Positions 9,715 through 19,406 of a DNA stretch of 64,000 nt are shown here, in pieces. Position numbers and translations under genes: made by a program. The stretch comes from Candidatus Levybacteria bacterium RIFCSPHIGHO2_01_FULL_40_16 (GTDB lineage: Bacteria; Patescibacteriota; Microgenomatia; Levybacterales; UBA12049). Where the stretch lies: contig MFNS01000001.1 in assembly GCA_001783805.1 (NCBI GenBank), positions 257,074 through 321,073 of the forward strand, given 5' to 3'. Position 1 is the stretch's first letter. The number at the start of each line of letters is the position of its first letter. The notes under the pieces are model-generated. The model had not been told where the DNA came from and did not search any database. It saw only the letters and a list, made by a program, of their open reading frames with translations.

Positions 9715-10896
9715 ATGGACAAGATTCAGGAATTACTGACTAGGGGAGTCGCAAACATCATCCCCAATAAGGAAGAATTAAAGAAACTTTTAGCATCAGG
9801 TAAGAAGCTCAATGTTTACCTAGGGATCGACCCGACTACTACAAAAATACACCTAGGCCACGCTGTTGTTTTACGCAAACTCAACGAATTTGCTAAATTA
9901 GGGCACAGTGTCACATTTTTAATTGGAGATTTTACTGCTTTAATAGGGGACACCTCGGACAAAGATACCGAACGGCCAGTTCTAACGCCGATTGAAATTC
10001 AGGAAAATTTCAAAACCTACAAAAAACAAGCCGAGAAAATTCTAGACTTTTCCAAAATCAAAGTTAGGAATAATAGCGAATGGCTTGATAAACTAAACCT
10101 AAGGAAAGTCATAGAACTTTGCCAGAAATTTTCTTTAAATGATTTCGTAAGTAGAGAGCTCATGAAAAAAAGATTTAACCAGAGATCTAGGATAGCGCTT
10201 CATGAAGTTCTTTATCCCGCAATTCAGGGATACGATAGCTATTTCTTAGACACCGATATTCAAATTGGGGGTACGGATCAAACTTTCAACATGCAGGCAG
10301 GCAGAATATTGCAGAAAAATTGGAAAAATAAAGAATCTTTTATAATCGCGACCGAATTTCTTATGGGGACAGACGGACGAAAAATGAGTAAGAGTTGGGG
10401 CAACGCCATCTGGCTGGATGATACGCCAAGTGACATGTTCGCCAAAATTATGGCAATCAATGATGACTTAATTGACCAATATTTTACTCTGGCAACAAAT
10501 AAATCTTTTGACGATATTAAGAAAATTAAATCTGGAAAAGGACCAATGGAAATAAAAAAAGAATTAACAAAAATTATTGTAACGGAGTTACATGGCGAAA
10601 AAGACGCGTTAAATGCAAGAGAAAATTTCGAAAAGACAGTTCAAGGAAAAGAAAAACCGACAGACATGGCCACTAGGACAATCGCTAATCCAAAAGCTCC
10701 CCTCGCAGAAATTCTTGTTGAAACAGGCCTTGCAAAAAGCAAATCGGAAGGAAAAAGGGTTATTGAACAATCAGGAACAACTGTGGATGGAAAAAAGATT
10801 ACTGATCCTTCAATTCCTTTTAATTCAATAGCAAGTAGCGGTGCGACGATTCAAGTTGGACCAATCAGATTTGTTAAAACTGAATGGAAAAAATAA
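9715..10896 (+). CDS. tyrS: tyrosyl-tRNA synthetase
   Basis: HIGH motif (HLGH), KMSKS motif and a C-terminal S4 domain. Confidence 0.9.
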   Translation: MDKIQELLTRGVANIIPNKEELKKLLASGKKLNVYLGIDPTTTKIHLGHAVVLRKLNEFAKLGHSVTFLIGDFTALIGDTSDKDTERPVLTPIEIQENFKTYKKQAEKILDFSKIKVRNNSEWLDKLNLRKVIELCQKFSLNDFVSRELMKKRFNQRSRIALHEVLYPAIQGYDSYFLDTDIQIGGTDQTFNMQAGRILQKNWKNKESFIIATEFLMGTDGRKMSKSWGNAIWLDDTPSDMFAKIMAINDDLIDQYFTLATNKSFDDIKKIKSGKGPMEIKKELTKIIVTELHGEKDALNARENFEKTVQGKEKPTDMATRTIANPKAPLAEILVETGLAKSKSEGKRVIEQSGTTVDGKKITDPSIPFNSIASSGATIQVGPIRFVKTEWKK

Positions 10897-10899
10897 TAT

Positions 10900-11001
10900 A
10901 TGGAAATGTTTAGGAAACATCAGTGGATTTGGAAAATAATAGTTGCTGTTGCAACTATTTCCCTAATTGCGACATCCATTCTTCCCTTGTTAATATATTA
11001 A
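10900..11001 (+). CDS. possible 33-aa single-TM micropeptide (MEMFRKHQWIWKIIVAVATISLIATSILPLLIY)
   Basis: Short ORF in the tyrS-recG gap with a clearly hydrophobic core and no strong RBS. Speculative. Confidence 0.15.
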   Translation: MEMFRKHQWIWKIIVAVATISLIATSILPLLIY

Positions 11002-11016
11002 TCCTTCATTAAGCTT

Positions 11017-13035
11017 ATGAATCTGCAAACGCCTGTAACAACTGCCGGACGCGTATATAAATTATATGCCCGGAGGTTAGAAAAATTAGGAATCAAAACT
11101 TTTGAAGATTTTCTATATCATATACCCTTCCGTTACGATGACTTTTCTTTAATTTCAAAAATTAACCGGGTTCAACCCGGAGAAGTAGTTACGATTCAAG
11201 GCACAGTTTCCGAAATAAATAATGAATTTACAAAAAATTTTAAAAGACTGCAGAAAGCCGAAATCGCAGATGAAACCGGAACAATTGAGGTAGTGTGGTT
11301 TAACCAGCCTTATTTAACCAAAATAATTCACTCTCAAGATAAAATTGCTCTTTCGGGTAAAATTGACTGGTTTTTAAGAAAAATCGTCATGCAATCTCCG
11401 GATTATGAAATTATTACCAATTCACCAAGCATTCATACGGGAAGACTGGTACCGGTATATTCTGAAACTAGAGGGATAACGTCAAAATGGCTGCGCAGGC
11501 AAACTTATAATTTGCTTAAAGAAAACAAAAATCAATTTATTGAGTACCTCCCTGACTCAACTCTTGTTGATCATTCCTTAGTAACAATCAGCGAAGCTAT
11601 TGAACAAATACATTTTCCACAAACCCTTACTAAGGCTGAAAGGTCAAGACAGAGATTGTCTTTTGATGAGCTTTTTCTCTTACAGCTATCGGCAATGCAC
11701 AGAAAATTAAACTGGAATAAAAATTTGATCAGTAATCCTTTTTCTGTAGATAAGTTTAAATCTGAAACAACTAAATTTTTAAGTAAGCTTCCTTTTACCC
11801 TAACTAATGCTCAAAAGAGAGTAGTTGAGGAGATTTTCAAGGATTTAGCGAAGACTAAGCCCATGAACAGACTTTTGGAAGGAGATGTCGGAAGTGGTAA
11901 AACTGTTGTTTCGGCAATTGCAATGTTTTTAAGCTATTTAAATGGTTTTCAATCGGTACTAATGGCTCCAACAGAGATATTAGCTCAACAGCATTATAAA
12001 ACTATCTCACAACTCCTAACGTCCTTTAAAATCAGGGTTGGTTTTGCAACAGGCAGTCAAAAAATGAGAATCAAAGACTTTGATGTAATGGTGGGAACGC
12101 ACGCGGTTTTGGAAAAGGGAATTAATTTCGACAATTTAGGATTAGTCGTAATTGACGAACAGCAAAGATTTGGAGTAGAGCAAAGAGCGATAATCCGAAG
12201 CCGTGGTAAAAATCCTCATCTTCTAACAATGACTGCAACTCCAATTCCACGGACAATTGCTTTAACTTTATATGGAGATTTGGATCTATCTCTCCTGGAT
12301 GAAATGCCGCATGGCAGAAAACAAATTAAAACCTGGCTGGTTCCTGCGGAAAAAAGACTTAATGCATATTTCTGGATTGAGAAGCAAGTTAAGGAGACCA
12401 AAAGTCAGGTATTTATTGTCTGCCCATTCATTGAGGAATCGGAGACTATGCAGACAGTCAAAGCCGCAAGCAAAGAATTTGAAAATCTCAAAAATAACGT
12501 TTTCAAGAATTTCAAGCTTGGACTTTTGCATGGAAAAATGAAAACCAAAGAAAAAGAAAAAGTGCTGAATAAATTCAGGGGTGGGAAAATTGATATTTTG
12601 GTAGCAACACCGGTGGTTGAAGTCGGAATCGATATCCCCAATGCGACAATTATTGTCATTGAGGCATCCGAAAGGTTTGGTTTGGCGCAATTACACCAAT
12701 TAAGAGGCAGGGTGGGCAGGGGAGATATGCAATCATATTGCTTATTGTTCACGCAATCTTTAAATTTGCAAACCCTGGAAAGATTAAAAGCAATGGAAAA
12801 ACATAATGTAGGCAGCGAATTGGCAGAACTTGACTTGCAGCTTAGGGGCCCAGGGGAAATTTACGGAACCATGCAACACGGCAGAAAAATGCTCAAGATT
12901 GCCAGCTTTTCGGATTTCGAATTAATACAAAAAGTAAGAAAAGAAGCTGAAAAAATCTTCCCAAACCTCAAAAATTATCCACGGCTTTTGGAAAAACTAA
13001 AAACCATCAATTTAAAGCAAATCTCTCCAGACTAA
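11017..13035 (+). CDS. recG: ATP-dependent DNA helicase RecG
   Basis: Wedge domain, Walker A (GDVGSGKT), DEQQRFGV box and helicase C motifs (QLRGRVGRG). Confidence 0.9.
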   Translation: MNLQTPVTTAGRVYKLYARRLEKLGIKTFEDFLYHIPFRYDDFSLISKINRVQPGEVVTIQGTVSEINNEFTKNFKRLQKAEIADETGTIEVVWFNQPYLTKIIHSQDKIALSGKIDWFLRKIVMQSPDYEIITNSPSIHTGRLVPVYSETRGITSKWLRRQTYNLLKENKNQFIEYLPDSTLVDHSLVTISEAIEQIHFPQTLTKAERSRQRLSFDELFLLQLSAMHRKLNWNKNLISNPFSVDKFKSETTKFLSKLPFTLTNAQKRVVEEIFKDLAKTKPMNRLLEGDVGSGKTVVSAIAMFLSYLNGFQSVLMAPTEILAQQHYKTISQLLTSFKIRVGFATGSQKMRIKDFDVMVGTHAVLEKGINFDNLGLVVIDEQQRFGVEQRAIIRSRGKNPHLLTMTATPIPRTIALTLYGDLDLSLLDEMPHGRKQIKTWLVPAEKRLNAYFWIEKQVKETKSQVFIVCPFIEESETMQTVKAASKEFENLKNNVFKNFKLGLLHGKMKTKEKEKVLNKFRGGKIDILVATPVVEVGIDIPNATIIVIEASERFGLAQLHQLRGRVGRGDMQSYCLLFTQSLNLQTLERLKAMEKHNVGSELAELDLQLRGPGEIYGTMQHGRKMLKIASFSDFELIQKVRKEAEKIFPNLKNYPRLLEKLKTINLKQISPD

Positions 13036-13040
13036 ATCCT
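12990..13040. repeat. direct repeat copy A (native 3' end of recG)
   Basis: About 41 of 50 nt identical to 13661-13709 in direct orientation (ggaaaaactaaaaaccatcaatttaaagcaaatctctccagactaa...). Confidence 0.7.
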
Positions 13041-13092
13041 CCGTAGGTGTACCCACATACTCACCCCAAGGGTGTATATATAAACTTGCAGA

Positions 13093-13566
13093 TTAACTTA
13101 ACGGAAATCTAGGTCGACCAAAAATATTAGTTTCTTTCCTACGTTCTGAAACTTCACTAAACCAATGCCTTATTTTTCCTTTTTCCTCCCGCTGCATCGG
13201 AAATAAATATTCCCTCACGCTTAACAGATGTTCTCTTTTGTTATTATAGATCGCGCTCCGCACAGACACATCTTTCATCCGTTCTCCTGGAAATTCCATG
13301 CTTAATTCCTTTAGTTGACGTTCTATCTCTGTTATTAGTCCCCGCCTTATATATACATGGCATCCCATAACTCTTATCTTCTCCCGCACTATATTTCCAT
13401 CTCCATTATGCTCCATCTCCGCTATTGCTTTCTCATTAAGAGAAATCCATTTCTTTTCACCCATAATATCTACTATCTCCGCTTCAATCTCATTTTTGCC
13501 TTTTAGCTCAGGCAATACTAACACCTCGTATGTAGGATCAGCTTTATTCCTGTCTTCCTCAACCAT
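13093..13566 (-). CDS. hypothetical protein (157 aa), encoded inside the segment bracketed by the recG-end direct repeats
   Basis: Charged Glu/Lys/Arg-rich ORF on the opposite strand to its neighbours. No recognisable domain. Confidence 0.45.
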   Translation of the reverse strand: MVEEDRNKADPTYEVLVLPELKGKNEIEAEIVDIMGEKKWISLNEKAIAEMEHNGDGNIVREKIRVMGCHVYIRRGLITEIERQLKELSMEFPGERMKDVSVRSAIYNNKREHLLSVREYLFPMQREEKGKIRHWFSEVSERRKETNIFGRPRFPLS

Positions 13567-13660
13567 AAAATTTAATTAATGCTATTCCTTAAGACGTCAG
13601 AAAACGACAAGAAGTATTATATCCACATATAAAAACAATTGCAAATTAGTTACCTATTGT

Positions 13661-13709
13661 AGGAAAATTAAAAACCATTAACCTCAAGCAAGTCTCTCCG
13701 GACTAACTT
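13661..13709. repeat. direct repeat copy B (duplicate of the recG 3' end)
   Basis: ggaaaattaaaaaccattaacctcaagcaagtctctccggactaa... duplicates the last ~14 codons plus stop of recG, 670 bp downstream. Confidence 0.7.
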
Positions 13710-13756
13710 CAAATACTTGAGAATGTTCTCTAAAACTGTTATAATTATAGCTTACT

Positions 13757-13963
13757 ATGCCGCACGAACCAAAAAAGAGACATTCACGGGCCAGACAAGG
13801 GAAAAGAAGAGCTGCGATCAAACTTCAAATTCCGGGATTTGCCGTATGTCCAAATTGCAAAGCTACAGTCTATCCGCATACTATCTGTAAAAAATGCGGA
13901 TTCTATAATGGCAAACAGGTTCTAACAATAAAGGTGAAAGAGAAAAAACCCTCCCAACCTTAG
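13757..13963 (+). CDS. rpmF: 50S ribosomal protein L32 (zinc-ribbon type)
   Basis: Basic N-terminus (KKRHSRARQGKRRA) and a CxxC...CxxC zinc ribbon, upstream of nusB. Confidence 0.7.
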   Translation: MPHEPKKRHSRARQGKRRAAIKLQIPGFAVCPNCKATVYPHTICKKCGFYNGKQVLTIKVKEKKPSQP

Positions 13964-14031
13964 CATTCGCCTTTTCAGTACTATTCGTACACGGCTCTGG
14001 CTAACGATTTTGGGCGGGCAAGGAAAAACTT

Positions 14032-14376
14032 ATGAAAACTCCCTTGGATCCCCGGCATAAAAAGCGTCAAAAAATAGTTGAAAGCTTATTCAAAATAGAC
14101 TTTCACAAACAAATAGTTAATAATAATACCAAAGCCGTATTGCGTCATCTTGGTTTTATTGACAACCAAATTGAAGCTGCAGCACCGGAATTCTCTATAG
14201 ACAAGATTAACAGAGTTGATCTGGCAATATTAAGACTCGCGGTTTATGAACTGCTGGTTGAAAAAACCCAACCGACTAAAGTTATAATTGATGAGGCGGT
14301 AGAATTAGCCAAGGAATATGGGGGCGACTCAAGTCCAGGATTCGTAAACGGCGCATTGGGAAATATCAAAATATGA
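14032..14376 (+). CDS. nusB: transcription antitermination factor NusB
   Basis: [25 protein letters not shown] and GFVNGALG motifs. Confidence 0.85.
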   Translation: MKTPLDPRHKKRQKIVESLFKIDFHKQIVNNNTKAVLRHLGFIDNQIEAAAPEFSIDKINRVDLAILRLAVYELLVEKTQPTKVIIDEAVELAKEYGGDSSPGFVNGALGNIKI

Positions 14377-15029
14377 ACTTGCCAAAATTAAACAATTCCA
14401 AACTTTTTGAAGAAGCCTTTACCCATAGAAGCTATTTAAATGAAGCAAAACTTAAAATTGCTTCAAATGAACGTCTTGAATTTTTGGGAGACAGTATTAT
14501 TTCCTTTGCGATTTCAAATTATTTATATATTAAATATCCGGATTTTAACGAAGGGGATTTAACGAACTTAAGATCTCTAATGGTCAACACAAATAGTTTG
14601 TCCGAAATCGCCAAGGAGTTAAACATGGGACAGCTTTTAAAGCTTTCTCGGGGAGAAGAGGAGTCAAAAGGACGGGAAAATGCTACGCTTTTAGAAAATA
14701 GTTTTGAGGCCTATGTTGGCGCGCTTTTTTTGGATCAGGGGATGATCTCTGTGGTTAAATTTTTAGATAGCGCTTTATTTCCAAAGATACAAGAACTGGT
14801 CATTAAGAAAGCATTTAAAGATCCGAAAAGTCTACTTCAGGAAAAAGTTCAAGCTCTTAAACAAGGTTCTCCTTCATATAGAGTCTTGGAGGAAACCGGA
14901 CCCGCGCATGCAAAAACTTTTAAAGTAGGCGTTTTTGTTGGCGGAAAAAAGTTAGGGGAAGGATCAGGCAAATCAAAACAAATAGCCGAGTTGTCAGCAG
15001 CTAAAATCGCTCTTGAGCAAAGGAGTTAA
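14373..15029 (+). CDS. rnc: ribonuclease III
   Basis: RNase III signature ERLEFLGDS, a catalytic [10 protein letters not shown]-type motif and a C-terminal dsRBD. Overlaps the nusB stop. Confidence 0.9.
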   Translation: MNLPKLNNSKLFEEAFTHRSYLNEAKLKIASNERLEFLGDSIISFAISNYLYIKYPDFNEGDLTNLRSLMVNTNSLSEIAKELNMGQLLKLSRGEEESKGRENATLLENSFEAYVGALFLDQGMISVVKFLDSALFPKIQELVIKKAFKDPKSLLQEKVQALKQGSPSYRVLEETGPAHAKTFKVGVFVGGKKLGEGSGKSKQIAELSAAKIALEQRS

Positions 15030-15119
15030 AACTGGTATAATTTGTGTTATTCGAAACTTATTTTGAGTTTTGCTTGCCCCTCGAAGCTTTAGCGGAGTGG
15101 GGAGTTTTGAGTTTTTAAT

Positions 15120-15353
15120 ATGTCAGTTGTAATTAGACTTTCAAAGATGGGAAAACGCGGTGAAGGAAGATACCGCGTTGTTGTTACGGAAAAAAGGTAC
15201 AGACGCGACGGCGAACCCATAGAAACTCTTGGCTGGTACGAAAAGAAAGAAAAGAATAAGGAAAATAAAGAAGTCAATAAAGCGAGATTTGATTATTGGC
15301 TTTCCAAGGGGGCAAAGCCGAGTATTACTGTGGAGAAAATCTTAAGTAAATAA
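15120..15353 (+). CDS. rpsP: 30S ribosomal protein S16
   Basis: MSVVIRLSKMGKRGEGRYRVVV...YWLSKGAKPS matches S16. Confidence 0.9.
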   Translation: MSVVIRLSKMGKRGEGRYRVVVTEKRYRRDGEPIETLGWYEKKEKNKENKEVNKARFDYWLSKGAKPSITVEKILSK

Positions 15354-15354
15354 T

Positions 15355-15594
15355 ATGAGAAAGGCGTTAGAATATATTATTTCTCAAATCGTAGATAATC
15401 CCAAAAAAGTAGAAATTAGCGAACAAGAAGAAAATGGAATGATAAATTTCACCATCACGGTTGATGCATCCGATATGGGAAAAATTATCGGGAAAAATGG
15501 AAAAGTCATCAGAGCGATCAGGAATGTTGTAAAGATTTCCGCAATCAAGCAAAATAAAAAAATCAATATTTCACTTATTGAAAACCCCTCGTAA
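15355..15594 (+). CDS. KH-domain RNA-binding protein (YlqC/UPF0109 family)
   Basis: GKIIGKNGKVIRAIRNV KH-type GxxG loop, in the conserved slot after rpsP. Confidence 0.75.
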   Translation: MRKALEYIISQIVDNPKKVEISEQEENGMINFTITVDASDMGKIIGKNGKVIRAIRNVVKISAIKQNKKINISLIENPS

Positions 15595-15601
15595 TTTCCG
15601 T

Positions 15602-16300
15602 ATGAAGATTTCGATTCTTACTCTTTTTCCCGAAATGTTTTCCGGCCCCTTTGATCATTCGATTGTTAAAAAAGCAAAAGAGAAAAAATTGGTTGATGTA
15701 AATTTTGTCAATATTAGAGACTTCGGCGTGGGTCCGCATAAAATTGTTGATGACAAATCATATGGAGGCGGACATGGCATGATTTTGAGAGTTGATGTTT
15801 TAGAAAAAGCGATTACGCAAACAAAAAATAAAAATCTCGGTATCTTGGAACAAAAAGTTGTTCTCTTAAGCCCACACGGAAAAACTTTTAACCAAAGAAA
15901 AGCTTTAGAATTTGCAAGCCTTAAACATCTTATTCTTGTTTGCGGTCATTACGAAGGAATTGATGAAAGGATAAAAAAGTTCATTGACGAAGAGTTATCT
16001 ATTGGGGATTTTATAGTTACAGGAGGAGAAATTCCCGCAATGCTTGTAACCGATGCCGTAGCAAGACTTGTAAAAGGGGTTTTGAAAGAAGGAGTAACTT
16101 CTACCGAATCGTTTTCTGAAATTCTTGAATATCCGCAATACACAAAACCCAATAACTACAAAACCCTTGCTGTGCCATCCATACTATTAAGCGGAAATCA
16201 TGAAAAAATAAAATCTTGGCGCGATAAAATTTCGCATAGGACAACTGAAAAACTGCGTCCTGATTTGCTCCGGTCAAATCGAAGTTTACTGGGACGCTGA
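15602..16300 (+). CDS. trmD: tRNA (guanine37-N1)-methyltransferase
   Basis: MKISILTLFPEMF, GGGHGM and a SPOUT-family C-terminus. The ORF track starts 24 nt earlier. Confidence 0.9.
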   Translation: MKISILTLFPEMFSGPFDHSIVKKAKEKKLVDVNFVNIRDFGVGPHKIVDDKSYGGGHGMILRVDVLEKAITQTKNKNLGILEQKVVLLSPHGKTFNQRKALEFASLKHLILVCGHYEGIDERIKKFIDEELSIGDFIVTGGEIPAMLVTDAVARLVKGVLKEGVTSTESFSEILEYPQYTKPNNYKTLAVPSILLSGNHEKIKSWRDKISHRTTEKLRPDLLRSNRSLLGR

Positions 16301-16954
16301 TGATACATTTTCAAATTTACTCAGTTGATCAACCAGGTCCAATCCTTTTTGAGATATAGAGCTGATACGAATATCTTGACTATAATTAGAAGCGCCTAAT
16401 GGCTTGTAATAGAAAGACAAACTTACCATCGAAGATGCGTTTCCCATTTTGACAGAATAAACTTCCGATAGGGGAACTGTTTTACTGATGGTTTCGACAA
16501 AACTATTTATCGCTGTAATCGAAGAGCTGATGGGTACGGACAATCTGACGACCGGAAAATTTTCATCACTTTCAGATTGAGCGAGATCACCTATTTTTAA
16601 CGAAAAACCCCCAAGATTAACACCGGTTTTTTGGGCAGTAGAATAAACGGAATTTAATATTTCAATAAAATCTTTATTTAAAGGTAATGCCAAATTTAAT
16701 ATCCGAAGCTGCGAATCAAGTGTCTCCTCATTGATATTGGTAAGCATATCTAGATTTTCCTTTAATATCTCAAGTTTTAACGACGATTCCCTGGTTTCTT
16801 TTATTGTTCTAAGCAATGCGTTAAACTGTGGAATTACAAATTGAAAAAAAAGTATTATAGAAACGAGTATTGTAACAACCGGAAATATGTAGGACTTGTT
16901 CTTATTAAAGATAAATTTTAAAGCTTTTAAATCTGCGTTTATTTTCTCGTTCAT
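16286..16954 (-). CDS. PilO-like type IV pilus inner-membrane assembly protein
   Basis: Single N-terminal TM segment followed by a coiled-coil-rich periplasmic domain, immediately downstream of pilN in the operon. Confidence 0.45.
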   Translation of the reverse strand: MNEKINADLKALKFIFNKNKSYIFPVVTILVSIILFFQFVIPQFNALLRTIKETRESSLKLEILKENLDMLTNINEETLDSQLRILNLALPLNKDFIEILNSVYSTAQKTGVNLGGFSLKIGDLAQSESDENFPVVRLSVPISSSITAINSFVETISKTVPLSEVYSVKMGNASSMVSLSFYYKPLGASNYSQDIRISSISQKGLDLVDQLSKFENVSSASQ

Positions 16955-16955
16955 A

Positions 16956-17489
16956 TCATAACTCCGACATTACTGAAATCCGATAAGCATTTGTACTCAC
17001 ATCCAAAGCCAAAGAACTGAGGGTTAAGGATTTAATTATTTCTTTATTGTGGACCATGTTTGTTAGGTTATCTATGAATTCACCGATTGCGAAAAGGGAT
17101 TTTGATTGACCGGCAATAATAACTGATTTGTCATCCACCTCAAAATCGTCTACGGATAGTTCGCTAGGTATTTTTGCCAACAGTCCATTCATTGTCTTTA
17201 TTAGATCCTTTCTCATTTTTAAAATTTTGTCAATATTTTCTATCCTATTATTTAAAACAAAAAGCTTGACTTGTCGGTTTTGAAATTGCGACACTCCTTT
17301 TAGAACATTTTCCTGTTCCCTCTTGATAGCTCCGGGATTGATAATTTGAATCCATATGAAAAGACTCAGGGAGATCAAGCCAACACCTATTAAAGATACG
17401 GCCGCGGCAAGGTTAAGAATTCTAATTTCTTTTTTCTTCTTTAACGATTCCTTGTCTGTACGTAAAAGAAGGTTAATATTTGCATTCAT
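16956..17489 (-). CDS. pilN: type IV pilus assembly protein PilN
   Basis: N-terminal INLL motif, a single TM segment, and a position directly after pilM. Confidence 0.6.
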   Translation of the reverse strand: MNANINLLLRTDKESLKKKKEIRILNLAAAVSLIGVGLISLSLFIWIQIINPGAIKREQENVLKGVSQFQNRQVKLFVLNNRIENIDKILKMRKDLIKTMNGLLAKIPSELSVDDFEVDDKSVIIAGQSKSLFAIGEFIDNLTNMVHNKEIIKSLTLSSLALDVSTNAYRISVMSEL

Positions 17490-18517
17490 AAATCTCTCAT
17501 TGCAAGACCCAATGCGATAGTAAAATCAGAAGCATTGTTGAGTATTTCGGAGGGCAAAGGTTTGCCTCCAAAAATTTTCCACGGGTTTGCGACAACTGTC
17601 TCTATACCTAAATTCTCTGCAAAAAATAGATCGATTCCCGGCAAGCGGGCAGTACCTCCCGACAGTAATATCTGCTGAATTATTGAATCATCTTTATATT
17701 TTTGAGAATAAAAAGCTAAGGCTTTCCTTATCTCTAAGAGAATTGAAGAGAGGATTGGCTCAGTAGACTTGCCAACTTTTTGACCGGCTCCTACCTTTGA
17801 AAAACCATAGGTTTTCTTATATTCTTCTGATTGGGCTGGAGTTATTCCGAAATCTGCCTCTATTGACCTACTAATTGCATCTCCTCCCGTTCGTATTGAA
17901 TAGGTTAAAATCAAAATTCCATCTCTGATTATAGCTAAGGACGTGTTGATCGCACCTATACTCACAATTATTGTTGGGGGAAGATCCGCAGAAACTAAGG
18001 CTCGAACAATTGCCAAAGTCTCTGTTTCTATTGAATTTAAAGTAAGATTTGCCATCTGCAATATTCTTTGATATTTGCCAATAAGATTCGTTGGCGCCCC
18101 CACCATCAGAACCTGCATCTTTTCATCGCTAGAGGAGTTAAGAGGTTTCTTCAGGACGTTCCAAACCAAAGTTATCGTTGATAGCGCAACCGGGATATGG
18201 CGTTCGGCTTCCCAATAAATCGCTAAGGACAATTCCTTGTCGGACAAAACCGGCATTTCTATAACTTTTGTATAGACTTGATTATCGGAAAGCGCAATAT
18301 TTACGCTTCTACTGTTAGTTTTTAAACCGTCCACTGTCTTTCTTATGGTCTGGGCCATTTCCCTCTCGTCAATTGGCGCTTCCGAAAGCATCCCTTTGGG
18401 GGGAGAAGACATTACGCTAAAGCTATCCAAAATAAGATTATTATTCTGCCGCGATAGGGATACTGCTTTAATTTTAGTTAAACCTATATCCAGGCCAATC
18501 GACTTATTAAATATCAT
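17486..18517 (-). CDS. pilM: type IV pilus assembly ATPase-like protein PilM
   Basis: Actin/FtsA-like fold motifs (GLDIGLTKIKAV, LSGGTARLPGI). Confidence 0.8.
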   Translation of the reverse strand: MIFNKSIGLDIGLTKIKAVSLSRQNNNLILDSFSVMSSPPKGMLSEAPIDEREMAQTIRKTVDGLKTNSRSVNIALSDNQVYTKVIEMPVLSDKELSLAIYWEAERHIPVALSTITLVWNVLKKPLNSSSDEKMQVLMVGAPTNLIGKYQRILQMANLTLNSIETETLAIVRALVSADLPPTIIVSIGAINTSLAIIRDGILILTYSIRTGGDAISRSIEADFGITPAQSEEYKKTYGFSKVGAGQKVGKSTEPILSSILLEIRKALAFYSQKYKDDSIIQQILLSGGTARLPGIDLFFAENLGIETVVANPWKIFGGKPLPSEILNNASDFTIALGLAMRDL

Positions 18518-18527
18518 CTGTTAGAAA

Positions 18528-19325
18528 CTAGTTAGCTACAAAAAGACCATATGATAGATAAGGCAGATAAGTCTGCGGATATCCCTTAAATACCCTGATT
18601 GTACGATTTGCTTGTCCTGATACTCCGGTTGAATCAATGCGGTACCCTTGGGTTGGAAAGGGTAAGGTTCCGCTAATTCCAACCGCTGTATTTCCATAAA
18701 TAGGTATAATTCTTGCAATCAAAGCTGAAGAGACGCCTGCAATAGTCGTTCCATGAGAGAATGTTTTTCCGCTCACATTTCCCCCATTGATAGACGGAGC
18801 TGAAAATTTATTTTCATTTTGTCTTGCTGGACAAGGATCATAGGCATATTTTTTTAATACCGGATTGTTTTTTGGTCCCGATACAATTATTATCTCAAGT
18901 GCAGAATTATCGCAGGGTGTTGTGGAATCACCCCAATACACGGTCAAATCTCCACCCCATAAAGGAGCCCCAAAATTAGATAACGGATCGGCGGAGTATG
19001 TAGATAGCCAAAGGTCAGCTCCTTCATCCTTTGGAACTGCAAGTCCTCCATTTAATAAAATCTGAGCACCATCAATTGTTTGAAATGTAGTCGTATATCG
19101 AGAGTTATTGCTTGGATTTTCTCCACTTAAGCCTATCGGAACAGTATTCTGTATTGCGCGTTCTATGCCTGCCTCCGCAGCAGCTAAGGCCTTTTGAGAT
19201 TCTACTTCTTCGGTTGTACTTCTAAGACTCGTAATACTTCTTGAGGCGAGAGACAATCCAATGGTCGACGCAACAATAACTACCAGCACTACAATTAAAA
19301 GAATCTGCCCTTTTTGTTTCTCCAT
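18528..19325 (-). CDS. PilX N-terminal domain pilus protein (minor pilin-like)
   Basis: KGQILLIVVLVVIVASTIGLSLAS hydrophobic start followed by ALAAAEAGIERA, typical of the PilX_N family. Confidence 0.5.
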   Translation of the reverse strand: MEKQKGQILLIVVLVVIVASTIGLSLASRSITSLRSTTEEVESQKALAAAEAGIERAIQNTVPIGLSGENPSNNSRYTTTFQTIDGAQILLNGGLAVPKDEGADLWLSTYSADPLSNFGAPLWGGDLTVYWGDSTTPCDNSALEIIIVSGPKNNPVLKKYAYDPCPARQNENKFSAPSINGGNVSGKTFSHGTTIAGVSSALIARIIPIYGNTAVGISGTLPFPTQGYRIDSTGVSGQANRTIRVFKGYPQTYLPYLSYGLFVAN

Positions 19326-19406
19326 ACAATTAGCATAACAAGAGGACTATTTCATGTCAACTTAAAGAAGCTACATTTATCCAGCCCCTTTCGAAAAGTG
19401 CTGGAT

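Noticed and set aside
15089-15277. 62-aa minus-strand ORF.
   Set aside because: Antisense to rpsP and the rpsP leader hairpin; no support.
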